From: Minisyncoccota bacterium
Lineage (GTDB): Bacteria; Patescibacteriota; Minisyncoccia; Phycocordibacterales; DATDWN01
NCBI GenBank assembly: GCA_041674105.1
Contig: JBAYWK010000003.1
Coordinates: 11,971-75,970, forward strand
Reading direction: 5' to 3'
Length of the DNA: 64,000 bases
Part shown: positions 11,545 to 21,992 of the stretch, one piece after another
How the letters are laid out: every line of letters starts with the position of its first letter
How positions within the stretch are numbered: the first letter of the stretch is position 1
Position numbers and translations under genes: made by a program
Notes under the pieces: generated by a model
The model's database searches: none
The model's input: only the letters and a program-made list of their open reading frames with translations
What the model was told of the DNA's origin: nothing

Positions 11545-12126
11545 CTAAAACAGACTTTGAGTCTTTACTTCCAAAACAGGTTCCCAGTGTTTTGTATCTA
11601 GTTTTATTTCTTTTGTGAAAGGTCCTTCTTTGAAAATGAGTTTTTTGTTTTTCATTGCATACTCGTAGACATCTTTGGTAATTTTTACATCATCTAGACA
11701 ATATTTTCTTATCTTATCTATCTCACCCTTTTTCCACCAAACCACAGCTTCTAGGCCGTTTGCACTTTTATGTGATCCAAAAGTTCCTTCGGCAATTTGA
11801 TCCAGCTTCATTCTGCGACCATAAGTGTTTTTTATTTCTTTCAAGATATCCAACGATCTTATCTGGTTTAAATCTCCTAAACCAGCTTTCTTGTAGTATT
11901 TATTTAAAAGAGGAATGTCAAAGTGATCTCCATTGTAAGTAATAAATAAATCTGCTTTTCCGATTATTTCCCACATTCCCCCAAACTCCTCTTGTGTAAA
12001 ACTTGCATAAGAATTTGTTTCGTAATCATAAAGTCCGACAATAGATATGTCCAAATCTACAGGATCATTTGAACCAACATCTTGAAATATATTTTTAGTT
12101 TCTATATCAAATACAATCTTACGCAT
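11545..12126 (-). CDS. RNase H-like (DnaQ/YprB-type) 3'-5' exonuclease domain protein
   Basis: VFDIET, TYNGDHFDIP, YCLDDV acidic motifs. Confidence 0.8.
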   Translation of the reverse strand: MRKIVFDIETKNIFQDVGSNDPVDLDISIVGLYDYETNSYASFTQEEFGGMWEIIGKADLFITYNGDHFDIPLLNKYYKKAGLGDLNQIRSLDILKEIKNTYGRRMKLDQIAEGTFGSHKSANGLEAVVWWKKGEIDKIRKYCLDDVKITKDVYEYAMKNKKLIFKEGPFTKEIKLDTKHWEPVLEVKTQSLF

Positions 12127-13412
12127 TATTGTGTTTTTTTAATTATTTCTACGATTTCAGAAACAGTAACTTTATTTTCATTTTCAGACTCTAGATGCTT
12201 TAATGTGTACTTGTCACTTTTTATTTCATAATCTCCGATAGCCAAGAAGTAGGGAACTTTTTGTTTCAGAGCCAACTTAACTTGGTCACCAATTTTTTTA
12301 TTTGTTAGGTTCACTGTTACATTTATTCCTTCCGATCTAAGAGCGTTTGCTAAATACTGCGCATTTTGGATAAATTCTTCTTTAACAGTACCAATAAATA
12401 GTCTTGATGATGAAGTATAATGAGGTAACAAGTTGTGTGTTTCTAGAAAATCTCTAGCGGTTACATCACCGGCACCAAATCCTATTGCTGGTACTTTTTG
12501 ACTACCAAAAATATCTAAAAGATCATCATACCTGCCACCTCCAAATATAGATCGGTTATTTTCTGGTGATGTATCAAAAACCTCGAAAACAGTTCCGGTA
12601 TAATAGTCAAAACCTCTCATAAGAGTTGGGTCAAATTTAATATTTTTTATACCATTTGCTTCTAAAGTTTCTATGAGAACAACCAGATCTTCCACATTCT
12701 TATTTTCACTTCCAAGTGTATTTAGTAGTATTTCGTTTGAAGATATCATCCTTATAAAATCTTTAGTTTTTTCTCCTAAAACTTCCTCAACACTAGTTTT
12801 GAAAATATCTTCACTTATTTTATCTTTCTTATCTATTATTTTTGAAAGTTTGTGACTGTTATCTTCTGGAATAGAAAAATGTTTATAAAGGTCTTTTAGT
12901 ATCTTTCTACTGTTTAGTCTTATTATGAAATCTTCATCTTTTGCCCCATAATTTTTCATTATAGTATAGGCGATTTTTATTACTTCACTGTCGGCATTCT
13001 TTGATTCAATACCAAAAAGGTCAACATTCAACTGCCAGTGTTCACGGAGCCTTCCTCTTTGTGGTTTCTCATATCTGAAAAGATTTGGAATTGAAAACCA
13101 TCTTAGGGGAAAGGGAAGTTCTTTTTCTCTGGCTGCGACCATTCTAGCTACAGTGGGAGTCATTTCTGGTCTCAAAGTGACTTCTCTTTCGCCTCTATCT
13201 ATAAAAGTATAAGTTTGTTCATTTACAATTTCTTCTCCAGATTTTGCTTTGTAAAGTTCGGCAGATTCTAAAATAGACGCATCGTATTGTGTGTATCCAA
13301 AAGACTCTACCGTTTTTTTCCATATATCAAATATGTAGTTTAGGACAAACATATCTTCTGGGTAAAAATCCCTTACTCCTTTGTAACTTTCTGTGCTGAT
13401 TTTTTGTGACAT
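12126..13412 (-). CDS. hisS: Histidine--tRNA ligase
   Basis: KGVRDF, LRPEMT, FRYEKPQRGRLREHWQ, RGFDYYTG, GGGRYD. Confidence 0.97.
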   Translation of the reverse strand: MSQKISTESYKGVRDFYPEDMFVLNYIFDIWKKTVESFGYTQYDASILESAELYKAKSGEEIVNEQTYTFIDRGEREVTLRPEMTPTVARMVAAREKELPFPLRWFSIPNLFRYEKPQRGRLREHWQLNVDLFGIESKNADSEVIKIAYTIMKNYGAKDEDFIIRLNSRKILKDLYKHFSIPEDNSHKLSKIIDKKDKISEDIFKTSVEEVLGEKTKDFIRMISSNEILLNTLGSENKNVEDLVVLIETLEANGIKNIKFDPTLMRGFDYYTGTVFEVFDTSPENNRSIFGGGRYDDLLDIFGSQKVPAIGFGAGDVTARDFLETHNLLPHYTSSSRLFIGTVKEEFIQNAQYLANALRSEGINVTVNLTNKKIGDQVKLALKQKVPYFLAIGDYEIKSDKYTLKHLESENENKVTVSEIVEIIKKTQ

Positions 13413-13477
13413 AGTGTATATATAAATAAAATGATAGAATCTCTTTTTAAGTTTATCTTTTATAGTTTATATAAAAA

Positions 13478-14236
13478 ATGACCAATATACAAGAAGATAA
13501 TATCCATTTGGCCTATAAAAATACCGGAGAAACACCAAAAGAGTGCTTAGAAAGGTATAAATCCGAAAATCCTAATCTAGAGAGCGTTCCTATGACATAC
13601 GCTGGCAGGCTAGATCCAATGGCCGAAGGGGTTTTAATTTTACTTTCAGGAGAAGCCATAGAAAAAAAAGAAGATTTTTTAGATCTTCCCAAAACTTATG
13701 TGTTTGAAATATTGTGGGGAGTAAAAACTGATACAGGAGATGTTCTTGGTCTTATCGATAAAGAAGAAGAAAAAATTCCAAAAGAAGAAGATGTTAGAGG
13801 TGTCTTGGAAAAAAGTTTAGGCGATTTTATTCAAAAATATCCAGCTTATTCTTCAAAACCAGTAAATGGAAAACCTCTTTTTCTTTGGGCTAGAGAAGGG
13901 AAGCTTGAGGAAATAGAAATTCCAGAACATGAAGTCTCTCTGTATAGAGCAAGGTTTTTAGAAAGAAAAGAAATTGATTCCATTCTTTTATTAAAAGAAA
14001 TAAAAGAAAAGATAGGTAAAGTTAAAGGTGATTTTAGACAAGAAGAAATAATTTCAAAGTGGAGTGATTTATTTGAAGATAAGAAAAGTAGATTTACTAT
14101 TGATAAAATTGAAGTTGAGGTTTCTTCTGGTTTCTACATAAGACAGTTTACAGAAGATTTAGCAGAAAAACTTAGTACAGTTGCCTTGACAAGTCATATA
14201 TTACGAACAAAAGTTGGGAATTACGAAGCCTTGTAA
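13478..14236 (+). CDS. truB: tRNA pseudouridine(55) synthase TruB (short form)
   Basis: TYAGRLDPMAEGVL, TDTGD, PAYSS, VSSGFYIR. Confidence 0.85.
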   Translation: MTNIQEDNIHLAYKNTGETPKECLERYKSENPNLESVPMTYAGRLDPMAEGVLILLSGEAIEKKEDFLDLPKTYVFEILWGVKTDTGDVLGLIDKEEEKIPKEEDVRGVLEKSLGDFIQKYPAYSSKPVNGKPLFLWAREGKLEEIEIPEHEVSLYRARFLERKEIDSILLLKEIKEKIGKVKGDFRQEEIISKWSDLFEDKKSRFTIDKIEVEVSSGFYIRQFTEDLAEKLSTVALTSHILRTKVGNYEAL

Positions 14237-14278
14237 TTATTTCTATAAGATGGTTTAATACAAAGTAGAAAGGGATTC

Positions 14279-14452
14279 ATGGCCAGTTTCAACCCGGATA
14301 TCGAATATTTCGTGAGGGAACTCTTTAACTTTGACGGAGAGAGGAAGGAGGAAAAAAAAGTTCGTCCGTTGAAAAGGCCTAGTAGAAATCACAGGGGCAC
14401 AGAGATGAAGCCTCCAAGGAGTCGTCCGTGCGCCTGCTATCGCGCACGGTAA
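14279..14452 (+). CDS. Unannotated 57-aa basic small protein
   Basis: AGAAAGGGA SD before ATG; MASFNPDIEYFVRELFNFDG...RPCACYRAR; terminator follows immediately. Confidence 0.55.
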   Translation: MASFNPDIEYFVRELFNFDGERKEEKKVRPLKRPSRNHRGTEMKPPRSRPCACYRAR

Positions 14453-14456
14453 ACCC

Positions 14457-14482
14457 AAGCCCCCACAATTGTGGGGGCTTTT
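14457..14482 (+). terminator. Intrinsic terminator
   Basis: aagcccccac-aatt-gtgggggctttt. Confidence 0.8.
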
Positions 14483-14573
14483 AAATTTAGGAAAATTTAG
14501 AATCATTCCAGGTTATTTTGGTAGGTTTAGTTTTCTGATGAAATTTTTATTTAAGTAGGCAAGGCTTTTGAAG

Positions 14574-14703
14574 CAACACATCTCTGGAGCCTCTGCAGGC
14601 CTTGAGCAGGGTTTCGTCAAGGCACCTCGTTCTTGACGAATCAAGGCCGAGGACAGTTCTTCAAACTCGCTGGAGTTTGTGAGGGTGCGATAGAAGTGTG
14701 TTG
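14574..14703 (+). repeat. 130-nt structured dispersed element, copy 1 (candidate ncRNA or REP/MITE-like element)
   Basis: 119/130 identical (ungapped, counted by eye) to 22921-23050; nested inverted repeats. Confidence 0.9.
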
Positions 14704-14746
14704 CGGAAAAAACCGAGAATGGTTTTTATTTTATGTGTTTGTGGAT

Positions 14747-16501
14747 TTACTTCTTAAAAACCTTTTTTCTCAATCTGACGGATTTTGGAGTTATCTCTAT
14801 AAACTCATCTTCAGCCATTATTTCCATAGCTTTTTCTATATCTAGTTTGTAAGCTGGAGCAAGAAAGATGCCGTCATCAGAGCCAGAAGCACGCATATTT
14901 GTAAGTTGTTTTCCTTTTATAGGGTTTACTTGCAGGTCGTCTCCTTTTGAAACATTTCCAATAACCATCCCTTCGTAGACTTCCATTCCGGGTTCTACAT
15001 ATAGAGTTCCTCTTTGTTGTAGGTTATCCAAAGCAAAAGCTAAAACTTTTCCTTTCATCATAGAAACCATAGATCCTAAATGAGTCTTTTTTATTTCTCC
15101 AACATAAGCTCTAAATTCTACAAATCTGCTAGAAAGTATCCCTTGACCTTTTGTATCTACTACAAATTGTCCTCTATAACCCAAAAGTCCTCTAGTTGGT
15201 ATTTCAAAAGTTAGTCTTTGGGTGGTATCTTCTTGTTTTATATTCGTTATTATTCCTTTTCTACTTGTCAGTGTACTTATCACAGTACTTGCAGATTCAT
15301 TTGGAACATCAATAATTACTTCTTCAAAGGGTTCTACTTGGACACCGTCTACTTCTTTCAAAATAACTTGAGGCTGTGATACTTGAACTTCATATCCTTC
15401 TCTTCTCATATTTTCCAAAAGTACAGCGATGTGTAGTTCACCCCTACCATATACTGTGTAATATTCATTGTTATTCCAATCAACTTTTAGCCCGACATTA
15501 ACTTCGAGTTCTTTTTCCAATCTTTCTCTTATTTGTCTTCCTGTAACAAATTTTCCTTCAAGTCCGGCAAAAGGAGAGTTGTTTACTAGAAAGTTTAAAG
15601 ATATTGTTGGTTCATCTATTTTAATTGTAGGAAGTGGTTCTGCATTTTCATCTTTGCAAATTGTATCTCCAATATAAATAGTCGGAAGACCAGCGATCAT
15701 TACAATATCTCCTGAAAAGGCTTCGTTGGCTTCTACTCTTTCTGTTCCTTTAAATGTAAAGAGTTTTGTTATTTTTCCAGAAACTGTTTCAGTATTATGT
15801 TGTTTAAAAAAAATTTGTTCTCCGGTTTTTATGACGCCATCGTAGACTCTACATATAGCTAGTCTGCCCATAAAGTTATCATAAGCTAAATTGAAAGTCT
15901 GAAGTTTGGCTGGGGCATTTAAGTCGCCGTTTGCTATGGGTACTATTTCTAGTATCGTATCTAAAAGAGGAGTCAGGTCTTTTGAACCATCACTAAGTTT
16001 TCTTTTAGCAATACCTTCTCTACCAATAGCATATATGGTAGTGAAATCCAGTTGCTCATCGTTTGCCCCAAGTTCCATAAATAATTCCAAAATCATCTCG
16101 TGAACTTCATCTGGTCTAGCTGCTGGTTTGTCTATTTTATTTATAACTACAATCGGTTTTAATCCAAGTTCTAGAGATTTTTTAAGCACAAATCTGGTCT
16201 GGGGCATAGGACCTTCTTGAGCATCTACAAGTAGCAAAACACAGTCAATAGACCTGAGAACTCTTTCTACCTCAGAACCAAAGTCAGCGTGGCCTGGTGT
16301 ATCTACGATGTTTATCTTTGTACCTTTGTAGTCTATAGATGTGTTTTTTGAATATATAGTAATACCTCTCTCAAGCTCTAAAGCATTGGAGTCCATAGTA
16401 GCTCCTTCAAGAGACATACCTGTCTGGCGCATCAAAGCATCGGTCAGAGTTGTCTTACCGTGGTCTACGTGAGCTATTATTGCGATATTTCTTATTTCCA
16501 T
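14747..16501 (-). CDS. typA: Translational GTPase TypA/BipA
   Basis: IRNIAIIAHVDHGKTTL, ERGITI, DTPGHADF, GRGELH, EITPKSVRLRK; start set at MEIRN (16501). Confidence 0.97.
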   Translation of the reverse strand: MEIRNIAIIAHVDHGKTTLTDALMRQTGMSLEGATMDSNALELERGITIYSKNTSIDYKGTKINIVDTPGHADFGSEVERVLRSIDCVLLLVDAQEGPMPQTRFVLKKSLELGLKPIVVINKIDKPAARPDEVHEMILELFMELGANDEQLDFTTIYAIGREGIAKRKLSDGSKDLTPLLDTILEIVPIANGDLNAPAKLQTFNLAYDNFMGRLAICRVYDGVIKTGEQIFFKQHNTETVSGKITKLFTFKGTERVEANEAFSGDIVMIAGLPTIYIGDTICKDENAEPLPTIKIDEPTISLNFLVNNSPFAGLEGKFVTGRQIRERLEKELEVNVGLKVDWNNNEYYTVYGRGELHIAVLLENMRREGYEVQVSQPQVILKEVDGVQVEPFEEVIIDVPNESASTVISTLTSRKGIITNIKQEDTTQRLTFEIPTRGLLGYRGQFVVDTKGQGILSSRFVEFRAYVGEIKKTHLGSMVSMMKGKVLAFALDNLQQRGTLYVEPGMEVYEGMVIGNVSKGDDLQVNPIKGKQLTNMRASGSDDGIFLAPAYKLDIEKAMEIMAEDEFIEITPKSVRLRKKVFKK

Positions 16502-16651
16502 AATAAAAATTAGTGTTTTTAAAAATCGTTTCCAGAGAAAGCCAAACGAAATCCTATTAAAGCATAAAATAGGGCTTTTGGTCAATGATTTGTTGTTATG
16601 TCCCATAATAACTTAATTGTTTATAACAATATTTTGTATCAAAATATGGGA

Positions 16652-16681
16652 TTGACAAAATGATGCTAAATATGCTATAAT
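16652..16681 (+). promoter_or_regulatory. sigma70 promoter
   Basis: TTGACA-N18-TATAAT with extended -10 TG. Confidence 0.75.
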
Positions 16682-16749
16682 ATAAGGTAGAAATCAGGTA
16701 GGGCGAAAGTCCAAAATAAAGCCTGTTTTGACAGAAAGGAAAACTGACC

Positions 16750-17424
16750 ATGATGGAAAACAACACCATGCTCGGAAAGACCGTCGTTTTGCTTTGCAAA
16801 ATGACCGAGGGGCTCGGACTCGTGTTCGACCTCCTAGAGAAGATGAATTCCGTAGAAGGGGAAAGGTGGCGAGAAAATCTGGCAAAGTTCCTCCGCAAGG
16901 AACCCTGCTGGGGTAGTGGCCAAGTCACGCAAGTGACCCAACCGAAACCCACGCCCTCGATCCTCGAGCTCGTCGGGACGACCACAATCTCCGCAACTAC
17001 GGGCAAGTTCGTAGCCAAAGAGAAGTTTATGGTCGGTACCAAGCATAACGCTCCGGTAAAGATTAGTTATCTCAATGATGACTTCATCACATCGTTTCTA
17101 CAATGTGACAGCAAGATTGAAAACCCGGTGGGTGAACATATTTTAGGTCACTATAAGTTGAGACGATCATCACCGGATGATCTAATCATCGCCGAACTTG
17201 GCGGTCTCGAGAAGGTGGAAACAACACTCTCTGAGATATTTTTTGTAATGAAAGATAAAAAGAAAAGAGATATATTAAGAAGATGTCGCAATATTTTTTA
17301 TATTAAAGACATCTCTGGAGCACTTCGCGTCATTGATGTTGAGGTGTACGAGGATAGGTTGTGTATTTATGCCTATCCTATAGGAAATTCAATTTGGCAT
17401 AGCGGAGATTGTGTTTTTTGTTAA
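16750..17424 (+). CDS. Hypothetical accessory protein
   Basis: Own promoter, AGAAAGGA SD and terminator; GC-richer 5' half; no recognised domain. Confidence 0.75.
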   Translation: MMENNTMLGKTVVLLCKMTEGLGLVFDLLEKMNSVEGERWRENLAKFLRKEPCWGSGQVTQVTQPKPTPSILELVGTTTISATTGKFVAKEKFMVGTKHNAPVKISYLNDDFITSFLQCDSKIENPVGEHILGHYKLRRSSPDDLIIAELGGLEKVETTLSEIFFVMKDKKKRDILRRCRNIFYIKDISGALRVIDVEVYEDRLCIYAYPIGNSIWHSGDCVFC

Positions 17425-17438
17425 GTAGTTAACATTTT

Positions 17439-17479
17439 AAGACCCTCGGTCTGCTTTGGCAGACAGAGGGTCTTTTTTT
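17439..17479 (+). terminator. Intrinsic terminator
   Basis: aagaccctcggtctgc...gcagacagagggtc followed by a T tract. Confidence 0.8.
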
Positions 17480-17526
17480 GTGTATTTCTTTTCACTATTT
17501 TATTTTTCTTTTGGTATAATAATTGA

Positions 17527-17781
17527 ATGGAAAATATTACTCCTCCAAATTTTATAAAAAACATTCCAGAGGTAGGTTCGTTTCTTGTTTTGCATTCTTC
17601 AATACTTTATATAATCTTGGGAATATTTTTTTTGGGCTATTTGGTAGTTTCTACAATACTTATTTATCATTGGAATACTTATGGTATGAGGGCTCAAGGT
17701 GTCATAGTAGCTGAGATATTGTATTTATTTGTTTCTCTTTCTTTATTCTCCATTGCAGTATTATCTTTATATTATTTTTAA
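17527..17781 (+). CDS. Small two-helix membrane protein
   Basis: Two hydrophobic segments around ILIYHWNTYG; TGnTATAAT ends 6 nt before the ATG. Confidence 0.7.
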   Translation: MENITPPNFIKNIPEVGSFLVLHSSILYIILGIFFLGYLVVSTILIYHWNTYGMRAQGVIVAEILYLFVSLSLFSIAVLSLYYF

Positions 17782-17786
17782 ACTAT

Positions 17787-18326
17787 ATGGTACATAAAGC
17801 TTTAAATTTGGATCCGGATGAAAATGTTTTAATAGAAGTCAGAAGGCATTGGATAATTTTTCTAGGTCATGCTGTCGCTTTGCTATTTTCAGCTGTTTTA
17901 CCTTTTATTATATTTACTATGTTAAAGATGTTTGCTCCTTCTTTTTTGGATTTAGTAACAATACAAGGAAACAACTATGCTTTATTTACTTTTCTTTATT
18001 CACTTTGGCTTTTATTTTTATGGGTTTCTTTCTTTGTGGAGTGGACAAAATATTATTTGGATGTTTGGTATGTCACAGAGAAAAGAATAATAGATATAGA
18101 CCAAAGAAGTCTTTTTTCGCGAGAAGTATCAAATCTACGGTTTGACAGAATACAAGATGTCACTGTAGATACTCATGGTTTTTGGGCAACACTTTTTGGT
18201 TTTGGAAATATAAGAGTTCAAACAGCAGCAGAGGATTCTACCAGTTTTTATATGTCTACTGTAGCAAATCCTGAGGCTTTGAGAAGAGTTATTTTTAACC
18301 AACAAAATCTATCTTTGAGAAACTAG
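17787..18326 (+). CDS. Membrane protein with bacterial PH domain
   Basis: Two transmembrane segments, then WYVTEKRIIDI...RIQDV...FGFGNIRVQTA. Confidence 0.8.
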   Translation: MVHKALNLDPDENVLIEVRRHWIIFLGHAVALLFSAVLPFIIFTMLKMFAPSFLDLVTIQGNNYALFTFLYSLWLLFLWVSFFVEWTKYYLDVWYVTEKRIIDIDQRSLFSREVSNLRFDRIQDVTVDTHGFWATLFGFGNIRVQTAAEDSTSFYMSTVANPEALRRVIFNQQNLSLRN

Positions 18327-18379
18327 TTTTTGTTTTCTGTTGTTGCGTGTTAAAATGTCTTCCGTTAATCATTTAATAA

Positions 18380-19699
<1,320 letters not shown>

Positions 19700-19736
19700 C
19701 TGATATTAAGTAAATTGTAGTATAATTTTAAGTGCT

Positions 19737-21245
19737 ATGAATAAACACAAACAAGTGGTTTTAATTATTTTGGATGGTTGGGGGTACAGACAAGAAGAGA
19801 AGGACAACGCCATAGCTGAGGCAAACACTCCTATCTTTGATAACTTGTGGAAAAATTATCCTCATTCACTTTTAGAAGCTTCTGGTGAAGCTGTCGGGTT
19901 ACCTGTTGGACAAATGGGAAATAGTGAAGTCGGACATATGACTATTGGCGCGGGTAGACCACTTGATCAAGATTTGGTTCGTATAAAAAAAGCTATAGAT
20001 TCTGGAGAATATGCAAAAAATCCAGCATTTTTGGCTTTGTTTGATCATGTAAAAAAGAATAATTCTACTTTACATGTCCAAGGACTTCTTTCTGATGGGG
20101 GTGTGCATAGTCATATGGAACATCTTTTTGCTTTTTTAAAAGCGGCTAGAGAGAATGGTGTAAAAAGAGTGGCTATTCATGTCTTTACAGACGGTCGTGA
20201 TACTGCTCCACAAAGTGGTGCTGGTTATATTAAGAAATTGGAAGAGATTTTAGAGCAGGTTGGTATCGGTTTTATTGCTTCTATATCTGGACGCTTTTAT
20301 GCTATGGATAGGGATAATAACTGGGACAGGTTGGATAAAGTAGAAAAAGCTCTTTTTGAGTGTAAAGGAAATGTTTGTACTTTAAAACCTTCTGAATATG
20401 TTGAAAGTTTATATAAAGAAAATAAAATAGACGAAACTCTGGAGCCTATAGTCTGCCTTGGCCCAGATGGAAAAGGTTGTGCTATAGAAGCACATGACGG
20501 TGTTTTCTTTTTCAACTTTAGGTCTGATAGAGCTAGGATGATTTCTTCAAAAATATTGGAAAAGACAGACAAAGAAGATATTTGTTTTGTCACTCTTACA
20601 GAATATGAAATAGAGTTTAAATGTTTGGTGGCTTTTCCTCCAGAAATTATTTGTTCTACTTTAGCAAAGGAGATTTCAGTTGCTGGAATGACACAGGCCC
20701 ACATTGCTGAAACAGAAAAATTCCCACACGCCACATATTTTCTAAATGGTGGTGTAGAAAAACCTTATCCAGGCGAGGAACACATTCTTATTCCTAGTCA
20801 GAAGGAATTTTCAACACACGACTTGGCTCCAAAAATGCAAGCAGAAGGGATTGCAAACAAAGCCATTGAACAAATAGGAAAAGGCACACAGTTTATTTTT
20901 ATAAATATCGCTAATGCGGATATGGTTGGGCATACTGCAAATGTACCAGCCATAATAGAATCTGTAGAGGAAGCAGATAGGCAACTCGGTAGGATACTAG
21001 AGGCTTTGGACAAAACCGATGGAGTAGCACTTATAACAGCAGATCATGGTAATGCGGAAATAAACATAGACCCTGTGACAAGCAACAAACATACTTCACA
21101 CACAATAAACCCTGTGCCGGCAATTATTACAGATAAAAACTATAAACTAAATACAGGAAATTTGGCGGATATTGCTCCCACAATTTTAACTATTTTGAGT
21201 TTACCTGTACCAGACTGTATGACTGGAAAAGTGTTGGTTTCTTAG
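19737..21245 (+). CDS. gpmI: 2,3-bisphosphoglycerate-independent phosphoglycerate mutase
   Basis: ILDGWG, MGNSEVGH, DGRD, AETEKFPHAT, DMVGH, TADHGNAE. Confidence 0.97.
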   Translation: MNKHKQVVLIILDGWGYRQEEKDNAIAEANTPIFDNLWKNYPHSLLEASGEAVGLPVGQMGNSEVGHMTIGAGRPLDQDLVRIKKAIDSGEYAKNPAFLALFDHVKKNNSTLHVQGLLSDGGVHSHMEHLFAFLKAARENGVKRVAIHVFTDGRDTAPQSGAGYIKKLEEILEQVGIGFIASISGRFYAMDRDNNWDRLDKVEKALFECKGNVCTLKPSEYVESLYKENKIDETLEPIVCLGPDGKGCAIEAHDGVFFFNFRSDRARMISSKILEKTDKEDICFVTLTEYEIEFKCLVAFPPEIICSTLAKEISVAGMTQAHIAETEKFPHATYFLNGGVEKPYPGEEHILIPSQKEFSTHDLAPKMQAEGIANKAIEQIGKGTQFIFINIANADMVGHTANVPAIIESVEEADRQLGRILEALDKTDGVALITADHGNAEINIDPVTSNKHTSHTINPVPAIITDKNYKLNTGNLADIAPTILTILSLPVPDCMTGKVLVS

Positions 21246-21311
21246 TTTGACTTAAATGTCTTTTTGCATTATAATTCTTGACTGATTTCAGTTCTTTGAA
21301 GGAGAGTTATT

Positions 21312-21857
21312 TTGCCGTTTGAAAAGCGAGCTTTCGTTTTCATTGGGTTTCCCGGATCTGGCAAAGGCGAACACTGTTCGTACTTACAACGATATCACGG
21401 GCTACATCATGTGCCCGTTGGAGACATCCTAAAAGAGGATCCAGAATTATCACCGTATACAAGCGAGGGTATACTGTGTCCATTTGAGAAGGTAAAGAGT
21501 GTTTTAGAAAGAGAGGTCAGAAAAGCCGATTCTAAAGACATTGTTTTAGATGGCGCTCCGAGAAATAGAGATCAGGTTAGTCTTGTTATGAATATTTTGG
21601 AAGGGTGTCTTGTAACATACATCCTTCTGCATTGTGAATGGATAACAGCCTTCAATCGGGCTATTTCTAGACCCAGGTCTGACAGCAAGCCCGAAATAAT
21701 ATCCAGAAGGTTGAATGAGTATATGCTAAATATAGATCATATCATACAAGAATTAAAGGAGAGGCATCAGACTGTGGTGAAGATTAGTTCTGAACCTCCT
21801 ATTGAAGAGGTTAGGGTGGAGTTGTTGGAGAAGGTTATTTCTCCTGTCTTTGTTTGA
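21312..21857 (+). CDS. Adenylate kinase-family NMP kinase (short, accessory copy)
   Basis: GFPGSGKG P-loop, LDGAPRN, RSD; TTG start with GGAG SD, own promoter and terminator. Confidence 0.8.
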   Translation: MPFEKRAFVFIGFPGSGKGEHCSYLQRYHGLHHVPVGDILKEDPELSPYTSEGILCPFEKVKSVLEREVRKADSKDIVLDGAPRNRDQVSLVMNILEGCLVTYILLHCEWITAFNRAISRPRSDSKPEIISRRLNEYMLNIDHIIQELKERHQTVVKISSEPPIEEVRVELLEKVISPVFV

Positions 21858-21865
21858 ACCACTTT

Positions 21866-21894
21866 GGCGGGCCGGAAACGGCCTGCTTTTTTTA
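21866..21894 (+). terminator. Intrinsic terminator
   Basis: gcgggccg-gaaa-cggcctgc followed by a T tract. Confidence 0.8.
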
Positions 21895-21992
21895 TGAAAA
21901 AATTAGACCGAAGGGTTGACAAATAAGCTGATTTTGTGTAGGTTTATGGCGCTGCCCAAGAGGGCACTAGTTCAGTTCTTTGAGAGGTGCTT

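Noticed and set aside
14255-14506. 83-aa minus-strand ORF
   Set aside because: It is antisense to the better supported SD-led 14279-14452 ORF and runs through its terminator
14633-14845. 70-aa track ORF starting inside the structured repeat
   Set aside because: It overlaps the 3' end of typA on the opposite strand, has a TTG start without SD, and its continuation is not shared with copy 2
16502-16606. N-terminal extensions of TypA (and similarly of MreB, UppP, RplU and the 30958 ORF) in the ORF track
   Set aside because: These come from longest-ORF calling; conserved N-termini begin at downstream ATGs
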